A DNA stretch of 64,000 nucleotides from a virus (IMGVR_UViG_3300006141_000002); one strand, 5' to 3'. Shown: positions 8,629 to 17,907, numbered from the stretch's first letter. The notes: generated by a model not told the origin, from the sequence alone. Numbers and translations are program-made.

Positions 8629-9246
8629 ATGAATGATTTCGACTATGAGGTTCTGCAGAAGAAGCGACTTGCGCGTCAGGCGTTCCATAAAAAAGGCGGA
8701 AGCAAAAGTAGAAAGTGCCCAATGTCAACGGATCGCATGACCAGAAAACAGTGGATAGAAAGGTGTGGTGAAGTTGTGACCTATGAACTTGGTAAACCAA
8801 TGGGTTGGGAGGCATTCAAACAGATGCCGGTTGCTCTCCAAAAAGAGTATCTCCTGCTGCTGATTGACAAATACTCGACCACAGCGTCTGATTTGGCGCG
8901 TATGTTTGGCATTACTTCGCAGACTGTTACGCGGTTTTGCGGCAATCAGGAAATTGGCATAGAGTTCTCTCGTGGGAAACGTATGTCGAGAGATAACAGG
9001 GCAGAGTTTGAGAGGTTCCTGTGCGGCGCGGACGACGATGCTGTGCCAGCTGCTCTTGAACCGAAGCCAGAACAGTCCGCACCAGAGTTGTCTATTAGCA
9101 GACAGACATCTGGTATGGATATGACGGCGTTCAGTTTAAGTTTCGAGGGTGTCATCAAGCCCGAAACAGTCGTCAACTCAATTATATCTATGCTCCGTCC
9201 GGGATCAAGCGTACGGTTAGAGGTAAAATGTCAGGTTCTCCCGTAA
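8629..9246 (+). CDS. Hypothetical protein with putative HTH
   Basis: TASDLARMFGITSQTVTRF resembles an HTH. Confidence 0.6.
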   Translation: MNDFDYEVLQKKRLARQAFHKKGGSKSRKCPMSTDRMTRKQWIERCGEVVTYELGKPMGWEAFKQMPVALQKEYLLLLIDKYSTTASDLARMFGITSQTVTRFCGNQEIGIEFSRGKRMSRDNRAEFERFLCGADDDAVPAALEPKPEQSAPELSISRQTSGMDMTAFSLSFEGVIKPETVVNSIISMLRPGSSVRLEVKCQVLP

Positions 9247-9252
9247 TTGCGG

Positions 9253-9281
9253 TTGAAAATCAGATACATAGCAGGTATAAT
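9253..9281 (+). promoter_or_regulatory. SigA-type promoter
   Basis: TTGAAA-17 nt-TATAAT. Confidence 0.75.
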
Positions 9282-9312
9282 GTAACAAGAAAGCTACGGA
9301 GGTTTATAAGAA

Positions 9313-9684
9313 ATGTCTGAAATGAAGAAATGCGTGTCGTTCGCGTGCCCACATGATCTTGCCATACAGATTGAGGAGAAGTTCTCAGCGTGTGGCGGAA
9401 AGTATACTGTAAATGAACACAGTATGGAGAAATTTGGACAAGTGTACGATTTCTTCAACAATCTTGCGGATAATAATGACGGCGATATTACATGTCTGGA
9501 CATACAGCCAGAGTCTGTCAACGCGAGGATCGAGATCGAGGTTCCTCCTCTGGACTTGTATCGTGACTGGATGAAGAAGTTTGTGGAGATCCTACAGTAT
9601 ATGGATGTGCTTGATATTAAGCCATCCGAGTTTGACGGCATTATGATAGGTGCGACTGTGAACGATGTATGGGAGGTGGCATAG
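9313..9684 (+). CDS. Hypothetical protein
   Basis: GGAGG RBS downstream of promoter. Confidence 0.7.
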   Translation: MSEMKKCVSFACPHDLAIQIEEKFSACGGKYTVNEHSMEKFGQVYDFFNNLADNNDGDITCLDIQPESVNARIEIEVPPLDLYRDWMKKFVEILQYMDVLDIKPSEFDGIMIGATVNDVWEVA

Positions 9685-9914
9685 TGAATAAAAGCAGACG
9701 TACGTCGCTCAAACAGGCAACAAGCCTTCTTGATCAAGCGATTGACATTGTTCGGGACGCGAAGGATGAGGAGCAGGATTGCCTTGACAATCTTCCGGAA
9801 AATCTCCAGAACAGTGACCGGTACGAAAGCATGGAAAGTGCTATCGACAGTTTGGAGGATGCCATTGATAAGATTGACGAAGCGAAAGAAAATATAAATG
9901 AAGCAATCGCGTAA
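9684..9914 (+). CDS. Small acidic helical phage protein (76 aa)
   Basis: GGAGGTG RBS, GTG start; EEQDCLDNLPENLQ.S.RY motif common in phage hypotheticals. Confidence 0.7.
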   Translation: MNKSRRTSLKQATSLLDQAIDIVRDAKDEEQDCLDNLPENLQNSDRYESMESAIDSLEDAIDKIDEAKENINEAIA

Positions 9915-9917
9915 GGT

Positions 9918-10487
9918 GTGATAGAACAAATGTTTGGTATTGACGATCTGTTTTTCTTGATAGCCGGGCCTGCGCACTTTTTGGGGAAGTGTGCGGACGA
10001 GAGTGCAACGAGGTATGCGGTACAGCAAAATTCAAAGCAAAAAGGATATAATCTGACGCGGCAGAATGAACTTAAACGGATGGCATACAGCGCATCAGCA
10101 GAAGAGCGAACCGCATTTAACCATCTTGTGCGCAGAACTGTTCGGAGAGGGAAAAATAGCTGGGATGTTATTCTTGCCATCAGGCAGATATCTCTTATGG
10201 AGGGCTGGAAGTATTATGACGCTGGTGAGCAGTACAGTGATCCAGCATATGTGGAGCTCATCGGCGGAAAGTGGCCGGACTATCAGATCCCAGGAGAATT
10301 TTGCGGCAAATTTGTTGGTGATGACAAGGCTCGTGAAATGAACACGGAGACGGCCCGCAGAGAAGAATGGCGATCCAGAACTCCGCATGGTACATGTGTA
10401 GAGATTTTTCCTACGGATTATGAGACGGAAAAAGCCTATCAAGAAGCGGTCGCTCATGCCTACAGCCTAACACACAGGGGACTCTAA
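9918..10487 (+). CDS. Hypothetical protein
   Basis: ORF follows directly in operon, converges on repressor. Confidence 0.65.
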   Translation: MIEQMFGIDDLFFLIAGPAHFLGKCADESATRYAVQQNSKQKGYNLTRQNELKRMAYSASAEERTAFNHLVRRTVRRGKNSWDVILAIRQISLMEGWKYYDAGEQYSDPAYVELIGGKWPDYQIPGEFCGKFVGDDKAREMNTETARREEWRSRTPHGTCVEIFPTDYETEKAYQEAVAHAYSLTHRGL

Positions 10488-10490
10488 CCA

Positions 10491-11276
10491 TCAAAAATTG
10501 TCTGACAGCGGAATATCGAAGTCCAGTAATACTTTCCCGCAGCACCGTACTGTGTATCCGCTGTCGCTATGGACATGCACGCTCAAGTCAGAACGTTTTG
10601 GATTTGCAGAAAGCAGGTGAAGGTTTCTGTCTTCATCAAGATAGTATTGCTTGCAGTACATTTCACCGTTTACACTGAAAATTCCTACATCGCCTTCATC
10701 AAGGTCCGTCGTTTCTTTGACAAAGACCAATTCTCCGTCATGGATATAAGGCTCCATGCTGTCACCAGAAATACAGACGGCATAGTCCGCATCACCTGGA
10801 ACGCTGTCGTCCACACGAATCATCTCGAAGTCTTCTCCCTCCAGCGGAGTTCCGAAGCCAGCCGCCGGCGGGGATAGATACCTCGGGATGTATCTATTCC
10901 TGGAGATACGCTGTTCACTCCTGTTTAGCGGCAGTTTGATAATCTTCGCGTCCTGATTGATACGCTCATATTCCATTGCACATATTGTATCGACCAGATT
11001 GCGGCCATGTGCATCCAGCGCTCTGTATTTTTTCGACAGGGCGCTGATTGCTATATCTAAAGCAGATTCTGTGGTGGCGAGAGGTCGGCCAAGAAGTTCG
11101 TCTGTACTCGTGCCAAGTATATTTGCAAGCTGGATCAGGGTATCGAAAGACGGCTGCCTCGCGCCTCTCTCCCAGTTCCCTATTGTGACCGGAGTCACGC
11201 CAATACTTTGGCCAAGGGACTTCTGAGTCATACCTCTGCCTAACCTGATCGTTTTCAGGTTTTCGCTGAAGTCCAT
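10491..11276 (-). CDS. CI/LexA-like repressor: XRE HTH plus S24 peptidase
   Basis: LKTIRLGRGMTQKSL...IGNWERGARQPS HTH; ISGDSMEP (Ser) and YCKQY (Lys); GGAGG RBS before ATG 11276. Confidence 0.92.
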   Translation of the reverse strand: MDFSENLKTIRLGRGMTQKSLGQSIGVTPVTIGNWERGARQPSFDTLIQLANILGTSTDELLGRPLATTESALDIAISALSKKYRALDAHGRNLVDTICAMEYERINQDAKIIKLPLNRSEQRISRNRYIPRYLSPPAAGFGTPLEGEDFEMIRVDDSVPGDADYAVCISGDSMEPYIHDGELVFVKETTDLDEGDVGIFSVNGEMYCKQYYLDEDRNLHLLSANPKRSDLSVHVHSDSGYTVRCCGKVLLDFDIPLSDNF

Positions 11277-11299
11277 GAATACACCTCCGAAAAATGGTC

Positions 11300-11328
11300 T
11301 TGACATTACAAGCTGTTTGTGTTATCTT
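11300..11328 (+). promoter_or_regulatory. Rightward promoter of immunity region
   Basis: TTGACA-17 nt-TATCTT with TG extension. Confidence 0.7.
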
Positions 11329-11357
11329 TTCTTGCACAAACAAGATGTTATATCCGC

Positions 11358-11386
11358 AGACTACCACAAAACAATTTGTATGTCAA
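11358..11386 (-). promoter_or_regulatory. Leftward promoter driving the repressor
   Basis: TTGACA-17 nt-TAGTCT on the minus strand. Confidence 0.7.
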
Positions 11387-11576
11387 GTTCCTTTGTGCAA
11401 AAAGAAAGAAGCAGGCGCCATAAACGCCTACTTCTTCTCCCGCAAGAAAGGAATACACCAAAACCAAAAGCGGGCGCAGCGCAATGCTACGATCAGATCA
11501 TACCGCAAATATGACCTGACGGGTGTAGTATACCACGAGGCTCCCGCAAAATCAATCACTTTTCGGGAGGTACTCA

Positions 11577-11885
11577 ATGAAGTCAAACATGTCTCTTGGT
11601 CAGTTCCGTGCAGAGCTGGGGTCGTATAACAGCTTCCAGCTTGTATTTGATGACCCTCTTAGTCCGCTCACATTCTCCACCTTGTTCAATCATGCTGCTG
11701 TGATTCTGTCTGCCTCCCCCTATATCGCGCTGAAAAACAGTAGTGGTCATCTGTGCCTTAGCCACATCCAGGCTATCAAGAAACGCGGCAAAACAGACGG
11801 ATACCAGTCGTATATATTCGTTTGTAACGATTTTACCCTCTCAAACGACCCTATACCGGTCAAATATGTGCTGAACTGCGCCTAA
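11577..11885 (+). CDS. Hypothetical protein
   Basis: GGGAGGT RBS. Confidence 0.7.
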   Translation: MKSNMSLGQFRAELGSYNSFQLVFDDPLSPLTFSTLFNHAAVILSASPYIALKNSSGHLCLSHIQAIKKRGKTDGYQSYIFVCNDFTLSNDPIPVKYVLNCA

Positions 11886-11907
11886 AAAATTTCTTCATAA
11901 AAAAGTG

Positions 11908-11936
11908 TTGACAAACGCTCCCGCTTGTGGTATAAT
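11908..11936 (+). promoter_or_regulatory. Perfect consensus SigA promoter for the mazF/MrpR-like operon
   Basis: TTGACA-17 nt-TATAAT, TG extension, A/T-rich upstream tract. Confidence 0.85.
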
Positions 11937-11968
11937 TGGCTCATAAAATCAAAGAAAGGAATTGAATT

Positions 11969-12409
11969 ATGAGCGAGACTCGTCAAGCAGAGCGTGTTTC
12001 CCCTCTGATCGGGGAAGTCTACTATATGAAATTCGAAGGTAGCGGGAATGAACAGAACGGGTGGAGACCTGGCGTGGTATTCCAAAACAATGTCGGCAAC
12101 GCGCATAGCCCTAACGTGATTGCGCTTCCTATGACCAAGGTACTCAAGAAAACTGGACAGCCTACCCATGTCCTCGTGACGGCGGAGGATACCGGCATTC
12201 CGAAGGATAGCATGGTATTATGTGAGAACCCTGAAAAGATGTCAAAGAAACGGATCGGCGGGTTTATCACCAAACTATCCGACGAGTATATGAAGCAGAT
12301 TGCAAAGGCAAGCCTGATTGCAACGGCCGCAGTCTCCTTCTTGGACGAAGCTGATTTGCTGGATGTCTGGCGGAAATCTGTCAGACTGAACAGAGTGAGC
12401 GTGGCATAG
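11969..12409 (+). CDS. mazF: PemK/MazF-family endoribonuclease
   Basis: GEVYY...GNEQNGWRPGVVFQNNVGN...VIALPMT...THV...LCE motifs. Confidence 0.88.
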   Translation: MSETRQAERVSPLIGEVYYMKFEGSGNEQNGWRPGVVFQNNVGNAHSPNVIALPMTKVLKKTGQPTHVLVTAEDTGIPKDSMVLCENPEKMSKKRIGGFITKLSDEYMKQIAKASLIATAAVSFLDEADLLDVWRKSVRLNRVSVA

Positions 12410-12418
12410 GAGGTCGTC

Positions 12419-13333
12419 ATGTATAACGAAGATCGTAAAACAGCGTTCATAGAGGAGACAAGGAGTTCCTCTGATTTCGGGAAGTCTGTATTCCGGACAA
12501 CGGAGCCATATGAACAGAAGACAGGTCAAGATCTGTGTGAGCTTCCAACAGAGGTTCTGCAGGAAATTGCGAATAGTCACTTCGGATCAAGGACAAGAAC
12601 AATGGATTCAACGATTGCCTTTCTGCGATCCTATGTGACATGGTGCAAGGAGAAGGGATATCCGGCCTGTGATGGCATCTATTCCGTTCAGACACAAATG
12701 GACGAGAAAATGAAGCGCTACATGGTTGCATCGCCAAAACACTTGCAGGTTGTGCTCGACAAGGTGTTCTCACCAGTGGAAGAGGAAACAGTAGACTGTA
12801 TTTACCGCTGCTACCTGTGGATGGCATTTGCTGGGCTTGAAGAACCTGAAACGATAGAGGTGAAGGTTAACGAAGTGGACTTCGGAGCTATGCTGATTGA
12901 GCATGGCGGGAAATCGTTCGAGCTGTATCGTGAGGCGATACCTGCGTTTCGAATGGCATGTGAGGCGACGGCGTTCAAGTACCAGCACCCAAGGTATACG
13001 CAGACAAGAAGCCGATTCCCTGGCGAGTACCTGATGCGGGGCATTCGGTCAGAGCAGGTAAAGTCAACGACCGTACGGAGCATTATACAAAAGGCGTTCA
13101 AGGCCAACGAGGTTGAATTGACGTACAGTAAGATCAGAATGTCTGGTGTCTTTTACAGGGCATACGAAGCGGAACGTATGGGTGAAGAGGTAAACTTTGA
13201 TGGCCTGATCGCAGAGCACATTATCAAGATGGGCAGCACGTATCACAGGAACTACACCAGGGGCAAAGTTGCGAACCTGCTCAAAAGAGACTTCTTCGAT
13301 GACTATGCTTGCTGGAAAGCCGCGTTCACTTAA
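12419..13333 (+). CDS. MrpR/YopR-like repressor (tyrosine-recombinase-like fold, no obvious catalytic HxxR motif)
   Basis: MYNEDRK start, YLWMAFAGL, and LTYSKIRMSGVFYRAY, which resembles LTPNTIVRSGHLYRAY recalled from SPbeta YopR; similar length. Confidence 0.65.
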   Translation: MYNEDRKTAFIEETRSSSDFGKSVFRTTEPYEQKTGQDLCELPTEVLQEIANSHFGSRTRTMDSTIAFLRSYVTWCKEKGYPACDGIYSVQTQMDEKMKRYMVASPKHLQVVLDKVFSPVEEETVDCIYRCYLWMAFAGLEEPETIEVKVNEVDFGAMLIEHGGKSFELYREAIPAFRMACEATAFKYQHPRYTQTRSRFPGEYLMRGIRSEQVKSTTVRSIIQKAFKANEVELTYSKIRMSGVFYRAYEAERMGEEVNFDGLIAEHIIKMGSTYHRNYTRGKVANLLKRDFFDDYACWKAAFT

Positions 13334-13339
13334 CAAAAT

Positions 13340-13380
13340 AAAGCAAGGAAAAGGAGCTGCTGCTCCTTTTCTTTTGCTTT
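13340..13380. terminator. Bidirectional intrinsic terminator
   Basis: AAAGCAAGGAAAAGGAGC-TGCT-GCTCCTTTTCTTTTGCTTT. Confidence 0.8.
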
Positions 13381-13407
13381 TACAATACTTTTATATGAGG
13401 CGATAAG

Positions 13408-13602
13408 ATGGGACTTGTCTACCCAAAGGGAGAGATTGTATGGGTCGGGCACTATGACAAGGACAGCAATCTCAGATATATCACAACCTCCAAGCCAGCG
13501 CGAGACTACTACTATTTATATGAATTGAAGGATGGGAAGTTTGTCAAACTCGGGAAGGATCGCAATCCTCGCGCCCTTGAGGAGAAATACATACATCTTT
13601 AA
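13408..13602 (+). CDS. Small hypothetical protein
   Basis: GAGG RBS, 64 aa. Confidence 0.6.
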   Translation: MGLVYPKGEIVWVGHYDKDSNLRYITTSKPARDYYYLYELKDGKFVKLGKDRNPRALEEKYIHL

Positions 13603-13760
13603 TCGGGTTACACAGCGATGCTGTTGACCGGTATACCACATCAGTTTTCTGGCGAACTTTGATTTAGGGTATGCCTATAAATGCCTTGGAATAGGGACTT
13701 TCGCCTATCTATGCAGAGTTCCTATATATCCATGGGATAAGAACGAAAGGAGTTGGTTTT

Positions 13761-14321
13761 ATGCCAGAAAAAGAGCGATTCCTGGAACTTTGCGATAGTA
13801 TCCATCGTGACGGCATTCCAGATCTGATGGACTGGTTGGAGAAGAGTGACTTCTACTCCGCTCCAGCAAGCACAAGGTTCCACGGCAATCACCCCGGAGG
13901 ATTACTCCAGCACTCGTTGAATGTCTATGACGAGCTGAGGCGAATCCTGCACACCTACCCTGAGATTGAGGCAAGTGACGAGACTGTGGCCGTCGTCTCT
14001 CTGTTCCACGATCTCTGTAAGGTGAATTTCTATGCCAGCGAGAAACGGAACCGAAAGAACGAAGATGGGCGATGGGAGAGCTATGACGCGTACACCATCA
14101 AAGAAAAGTTCTGCTTCGGTGGTCATGGCAGCAAATCGGTGTTCATTGTCCAGAATTTCATAAAGCTCACACCGGAAGAGGCCGCTGCCATCAACTGCCA
14201 CATGGGTTCCTGGGACGGGAACAAGGACGTTGGAAACGCCTATGAACAGTTTAAGCTGGCGTGGGCACTCCATGTAGCGGACGAAGCTGCTACATACATA
14301 CTCGAAAGCAAACAAGATTAA
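13761..14321 (+). CDS. HD-domain hydrolase
   Basis: APASTRFHGNHPGGLLQHS, LFHDLCK, CHMG and LHVAD. Confidence 0.88.
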   Translation: MPEKERFLELCDSIHRDGIPDLMDWLEKSDFYSAPASTRFHGNHPGGLLQHSLNVYDELRRILHTYPEIEASDETVAVVSLFHDLCKVNFYASEKRNRKNEDGRWESYDAYTIKEKFCFGGHGSKSVFIVQNFIKLTPEEAAAINCHMGSWDGNKDVGNAYEQFKLAWALHVADEAATYILESKQD

Positions 14322-14334
14322 GGAGGAAGTGTTA

Positions 14335-14622
14335 ATGCCTTTCGGCAGAACAAAACCCGCAGCGCCGGTTTCAGCACCGGATATTCTGGCGCAAAAGAAG
14401 AACCAACTCGATCTCTACAACGCTAGGTTCGACCACGCTGTCGAGCTCTTTAACGATGCGATTGACAGTCTTGGGATGACCAGCCATGACATCGCTGAGA
14501 CGATGCAGGAGATCAGCGAATACGAGAAGGAATTGGAGACCACAAAAGCCGGGCTCTCCGAGGCGAGGGACAAAACAGAGCGGGTCATCGCAAACTTCAA
14601 GTCCCTGCTTTCCATCGACTGA
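14335..14622 (+). CDS. Coiled-coil hypothetical protein
   Basis: AGGAGG RBS; heptad pattern. Confidence 0.7.
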   Translation: MPFGRTKPAAPVSAPDILAQKKNQLDLYNARFDHAVELFNDAIDSLGMTSHDIAETMQEISEYEKELETTKAGLSEARDKTERVIANFKSLLSID

Positions 14623-14642
14623 CCATCAGAGAGGAGTATCCT

Positions 14643-15362
14643 ATGGCAGAAGAACTGAATCTTCAGCAGAAGCTTGCCAAGATCCGTAAGATGACCGAGG
14701 TTATCCAGAAGAACAAGAAGGGGTTCAATTACAGGTACACATCTATTGACGAGATTCTGGCGCGTGTGACGGCTGGCATGAACAAATACAATGTGTCCCT
14801 GTACCCAAATGTAGATCCGCAGTCCGAGGTTATCACACCATACTCATACGGGAAGACAAAATTCACCAAGGACGGGCAGCAGTACGAGGAGCAGAATAAC
14901 GAGATCATCGCACAGGCCCGCGTCATATATACCTGGGTCAACGATGATAACCCTGATGAGACGCTTCAAATCCCTTGGTTTGTTGTTGGCAGCCAACAAG
15001 ACCCAGCGCAGGCGTTCGGCAGCGGACTGACATACGGTCTGCGCCAATTCCTGATCCAGTTTTTCCAGATTGCTACGCTGGATGGCGAAGATCCGGATGA
15101 CTGGCGCAGCAAACAGCGGTTCGCCGAAGGCGAGGAAGACCGCACAATCGCCGGAAAAATTGTGGAGCAAATCCACGCTTTGGTGACTACATATCTGAGA
15201 GAGAACCCTGACGAAAAGCAGAAGGTTATCGCTCTCACAAAAAAATATGTTCGTGAAAACGGGAAGCCGAGCGCGAACTATTACGCTATCGAAACCTCAG
15301 CCCAAGCGTCTGAACTTCTGGAGGCGCTGAAGGCTGAGTTTTCTAATACAAAGAAGGAGTGA
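14643..15362 (+). CDS. ERF-family single-strand annealing protein
   Basis: NYRYTSIDEIL and QAFGSGLTYGLRQFL...EDPD. Confidence 0.85.
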   Translation: MAEELNLQQKLAKIRKMTEVIQKNKKGFNYRYTSIDEILARVTAGMNKYNVSLYPNVDPQSEVITPYSYGKTKFTKDGQQYEEQNNEIIAQARVIYTWVNDDNPDETLQIPWFVVGSQQDPAQAFGSGLTYGLRQFLIQFFQIATLDGEDPDDWRSKQRFAEGEEDRTIAGKIVEQIHALVTTYLRENPDEKQKVIALTKKYVRENGKPSANYYAIETSAQASELLEALKAEFSNTKKE

Positions 15363-15368
15363 TTTAGT

Positions 15369-15761
15369 ATGGGATTTCGGCAAGGTGGTTTCTGCTCCGT
15401 GTGGAGCACAGAGCCAAGCAAGTCCGGCAAGACAACGAGGGTTCGTCTATCGTCCAGCCGGAAGAATCAGTCAAGCGGGGAGTACGAGCAGGATTTCTCT
15501 GGATTCTGTACCTTCATCGGGAAGGCACACGATATGGCGCAGAGCCTGCAGCCGAAGGATCGCATCAAGATTCTGGAATGCGATGTCGGTACTACATACG
15601 ACAAGGAGAAGCAGAAGGAGTACGTCAACTATAAGGTGTTCGACTTTGAGATGGCTGACGGCAGTAAATCCGGCGATAGCGGCAACAAGGCCAGCGGCAG
15701 GAAGAAATCTGCATTCGATGTTGACGGTGGCGAAGCGGACGACAGCGATCTCCCCTTCTGA
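15369..15761 (+). CDS. ssb: Single-stranded DNA-binding protein
   Basis: OB-fold-like core, acidic DDSDLPF tail, next to ERF. Confidence 0.8.
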   Translation: MGFRQGGFCSVWSTEPSKSGKTTRVRLSSSRKNQSSGEYEQDFSGFCTFIGKAHDMAQSLQPKDRIKILECDVGTTYDKEKQKEYVNYKVFDFEMADGSKSGDSGNKASGRKKSAFDVDGGEADDSDLPF

Positions 15762-15779
15762 TCAGGTCGGTGAGACTAA

Positions 15780-16553
15780 GTGAATTACTCGAATATCATT
15801 TCGGATTTCACATGGTCTTACTCTCGGATCGGTCAGTTTGAGATGTGTCCTTATGGGTTTCTGCTGAACTATATCAAAAGAGCAAGTAAGAAACCCATGT
15901 TCTTCTCGGACTATGGGAGTTTCATGCACAAGCTGATTGAACAATATTTGCGTGGTTTTTTGGAGAAAGACGAATTGGCGGCCACATATCTGGCTGGGTT
16001 CAGGAAAAACGTCAGAGGGAAGGCGCCAAACGGAAAAATCTTCAAGAGTTATTTTGAGCAAGGGTATGAGTACCTGAGCCACATTGATTTCCCATATCTG
16101 TCTCCAGTCGGGATTGAGCAAAAGGTTAATTTCTTCATTGGGGACAAACCATTTACAGGTATCATTGACTGCGCGGCTATGGACGATGGGGAACTTGTTA
16201 TCATTGACAACAAGTCAAGAGCGTTGAAGCCGCGATCAGGCAGAGGTAAGCCAACAGTTTCTGACCAAGAGCTTGACTCCTATCTGAGGCAGCTCTACCT
16301 GTATAGCGTTCCGATGGAACAGCTTTATCATACATACCCAGTCAGGCTGGAGTTCAACTGTTTCCGAACGGGGCAGTTGATCTCCGAGCCTTTCCGGGAG
16401 CAAGAATTTGAAAAGACAAAAGAATGGGCACTCAAATCCATTGATACGATCACGAGAAATGAAGACTGGTCGCCAAAGATAGACTACTGGAAGTGTAGAT
16501 ACATTTGCGACCTGAGTGATGATTGCTGTTACTTCCAGATGAACAGGAGGTGA
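15780..16553 (+). CDS. PD-(D/E)XK nuclease, Cas4/RecB-like
   Basis: SYSRI..F..CP, GIID, IIDNKS, QLYLY and a C-terminal Cys cluster. Confidence 0.88.
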   Translation: MNYSNIISDFTWSYSRIGQFEMCPYGFLLNYIKRASKKPMFFSDYGSFMHKLIEQYLRGFLEKDELAATYLAGFRKNVRGKAPNGKIFKSYFEQGYEYLSHIDFPYLSPVGIEQKVNFFIGDKPFTGIIDCAAMDDGELVIIDNKSRALKPRSGRGKPTVSDQELDSYLRQLYLYSVPMEQLYHTYPVRLEFNCFRTGQLISEPFREQEFEKTKEWALKSIDTITRNEDWSPKIDYWKCRYICDLSDDCCYFQMNRR

Positions 16554-16558
16554 TTGCA

Positions 16559-17890
16559 TTGGACATCAATGAGATTTGCGATATCAGCAGTGAGGCCGGC
16601 GTAGTGGCATCTCTGGTTTTCAATCCAGACTACATCTATCTTGTAGAACAGCTTACGGCGCAGCACTTCACAAACCAACAGAACTCCTACATCTTCTACG
16701 CGATTAAGAAGCTGGCGGAGCGAAACGTCAAGACTATCGATGCCTACAACATTATGAGTATCCTGCGTTCGGATCAAAAGATGAAAGGTAAGGCAGATAG
16801 AGTCCTGACAGAGCGCGGCGTTGAGGAGTTCATAGGCAATGCCTCCTCGATTGCGAGAAACACACCAGAGGGATACAAACTCGTTGCAGATGCCGTGCTC
16901 AGTTCTGCGTTCCGGCGTGCAACCTATCAGAAGCTATGCGAATGTCAGAGTATCTGTCAGAACCAGTCAGAAACAGAAATCGAACAGAAAATATATGCAA
17001 CGCTTGATGATGTGATGATACAGTTTTCAACGACAAAAGAGGTTCCGCAATATAAAGATGTCGTTGACGAACTATGGGAGCAGATATGTCAGCGGCAGAG
17101 AAGCGGTGTGTCTGGTATTCCGTTCAAGTTCCCCACCCTGAACCAGTACGTCACGATTGAACCTGGCGAGCTGGTTATCTTCGCTGCAGAGGCCAAGCAG
17201 GGCAAGAGCATGATGCTCCTAAACTGTGCAGTAGATTTGCTCAGACGCGGTAAGCGAGTGATGTATATTGACAGTGAGCTGAACTCACGGCTCTTTACTT
17301 GCCGGCTGATGGCACACTTAGCAAAGATCGAGTTCAACAGGGTTCGCAGCGGCAACTACTCGCCGGAGGAGGCAGCACGTATTGCTACCTGCAAAGAGTG
17401 GATGAAGTCAAAAAGTTTCACCCATCTCTATATGCCGATGTTCGATGCACAGAGCATCTTTACAACCGTTAAGAAGGTTAATCACACACAGGGCATTGAC
17501 GTTCTAATTGTGGATTACTTCAAAGGGAAAGGCGAAGGCGATGCGTTTGACAGCTACCAAGAACTCGGAAGATTCGTCGATATGGTCAAGAACCAAATCT
17601 GCGGTGATATGAACATCGCTGGTATCGGTGCAGCTCAAGCGACATCGACCGGTAAGGTAGCGGATAGCGCGAAGATCGGGCGCAATGCTTCTACGATTGC
17701 AGTCATACAGGACAAGCTGCCGGAAGAAATTGAGACTGACGGCCCTGAGTGCGGCAATAAGAAACTCAGAGTAGTTCTGAATCGTAACGGCCCACAAATG
17801 GCGCCAGACGAGTACATAGACATGGCTTTCTGCGGCAATCTTATTTCCTATGAGGAAGCGCGGCAACACGTTGTGCAAATGCCGTATTGA
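16559..17890 (+). CDS. dnaB: DnaB-like replicative helicase
   Basis: TTG start with AGGAGGTG RBS; Walker A AEAKQGKS, IVDY, AQ and LNRNGP. Confidence 0.9.
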   Translation: MDINEICDISSEAGVVASLVFNPDYIYLVEQLTAQHFTNQQNSYIFYAIKKLAERNVKTIDAYNIMSILRSDQKMKGKADRVLTERGVEEFIGNASSIARNTPEGYKLVADAVLSSAFRRATYQKLCECQSICQNQSETEIEQKIYATLDDVMIQFSTTKEVPQYKDVVDELWEQICQRQRSGVSGIPFKFPTLNQYVTIEPGELVIFAAEAKQGKSMMLLNCAVDLLRRGKRVMYIDSELNSRLFTCRLMAHLAKIEFNRVRSGNYSPEEAARIATCKEWMKSKSFTHLYMPMFDAQSIFTTVKKVNHTQGIDVLIVDYFKGKGEGDAFDSYQELGRFVDMVKNQICGDMNIAGIGAAQATSTGKVADSAKIGRNASTIAVIQDKLPEEIETDGPECGNKKLRVVLNRNGPQMAPDEYIDMAFCGNLISYEEARQHVVQMPY

Positions 17891-17907
17891 TGAATGGAGG
17901 TGATGGC

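Noticed and set aside
12419-13333. Functional third integrase
   Set aside because: No HxxR or conserved catalytic Tyr context seen; resembles the non-catalytic MrpR/YopR type
13603-13745. tRNA gene
   Set aside because: No D-loop GG, no TTCRA T-loop and no cloverleaf; no tRNA or rRNA was recognised anywhere in the window
16559-17890. Inteins in DnaB, NrdD, ThyX or DnaE
   Set aside because: Protein lengths are normal and no C/S...HN-C/S/T intein boundaries or LAGLIDADG motifs were seen
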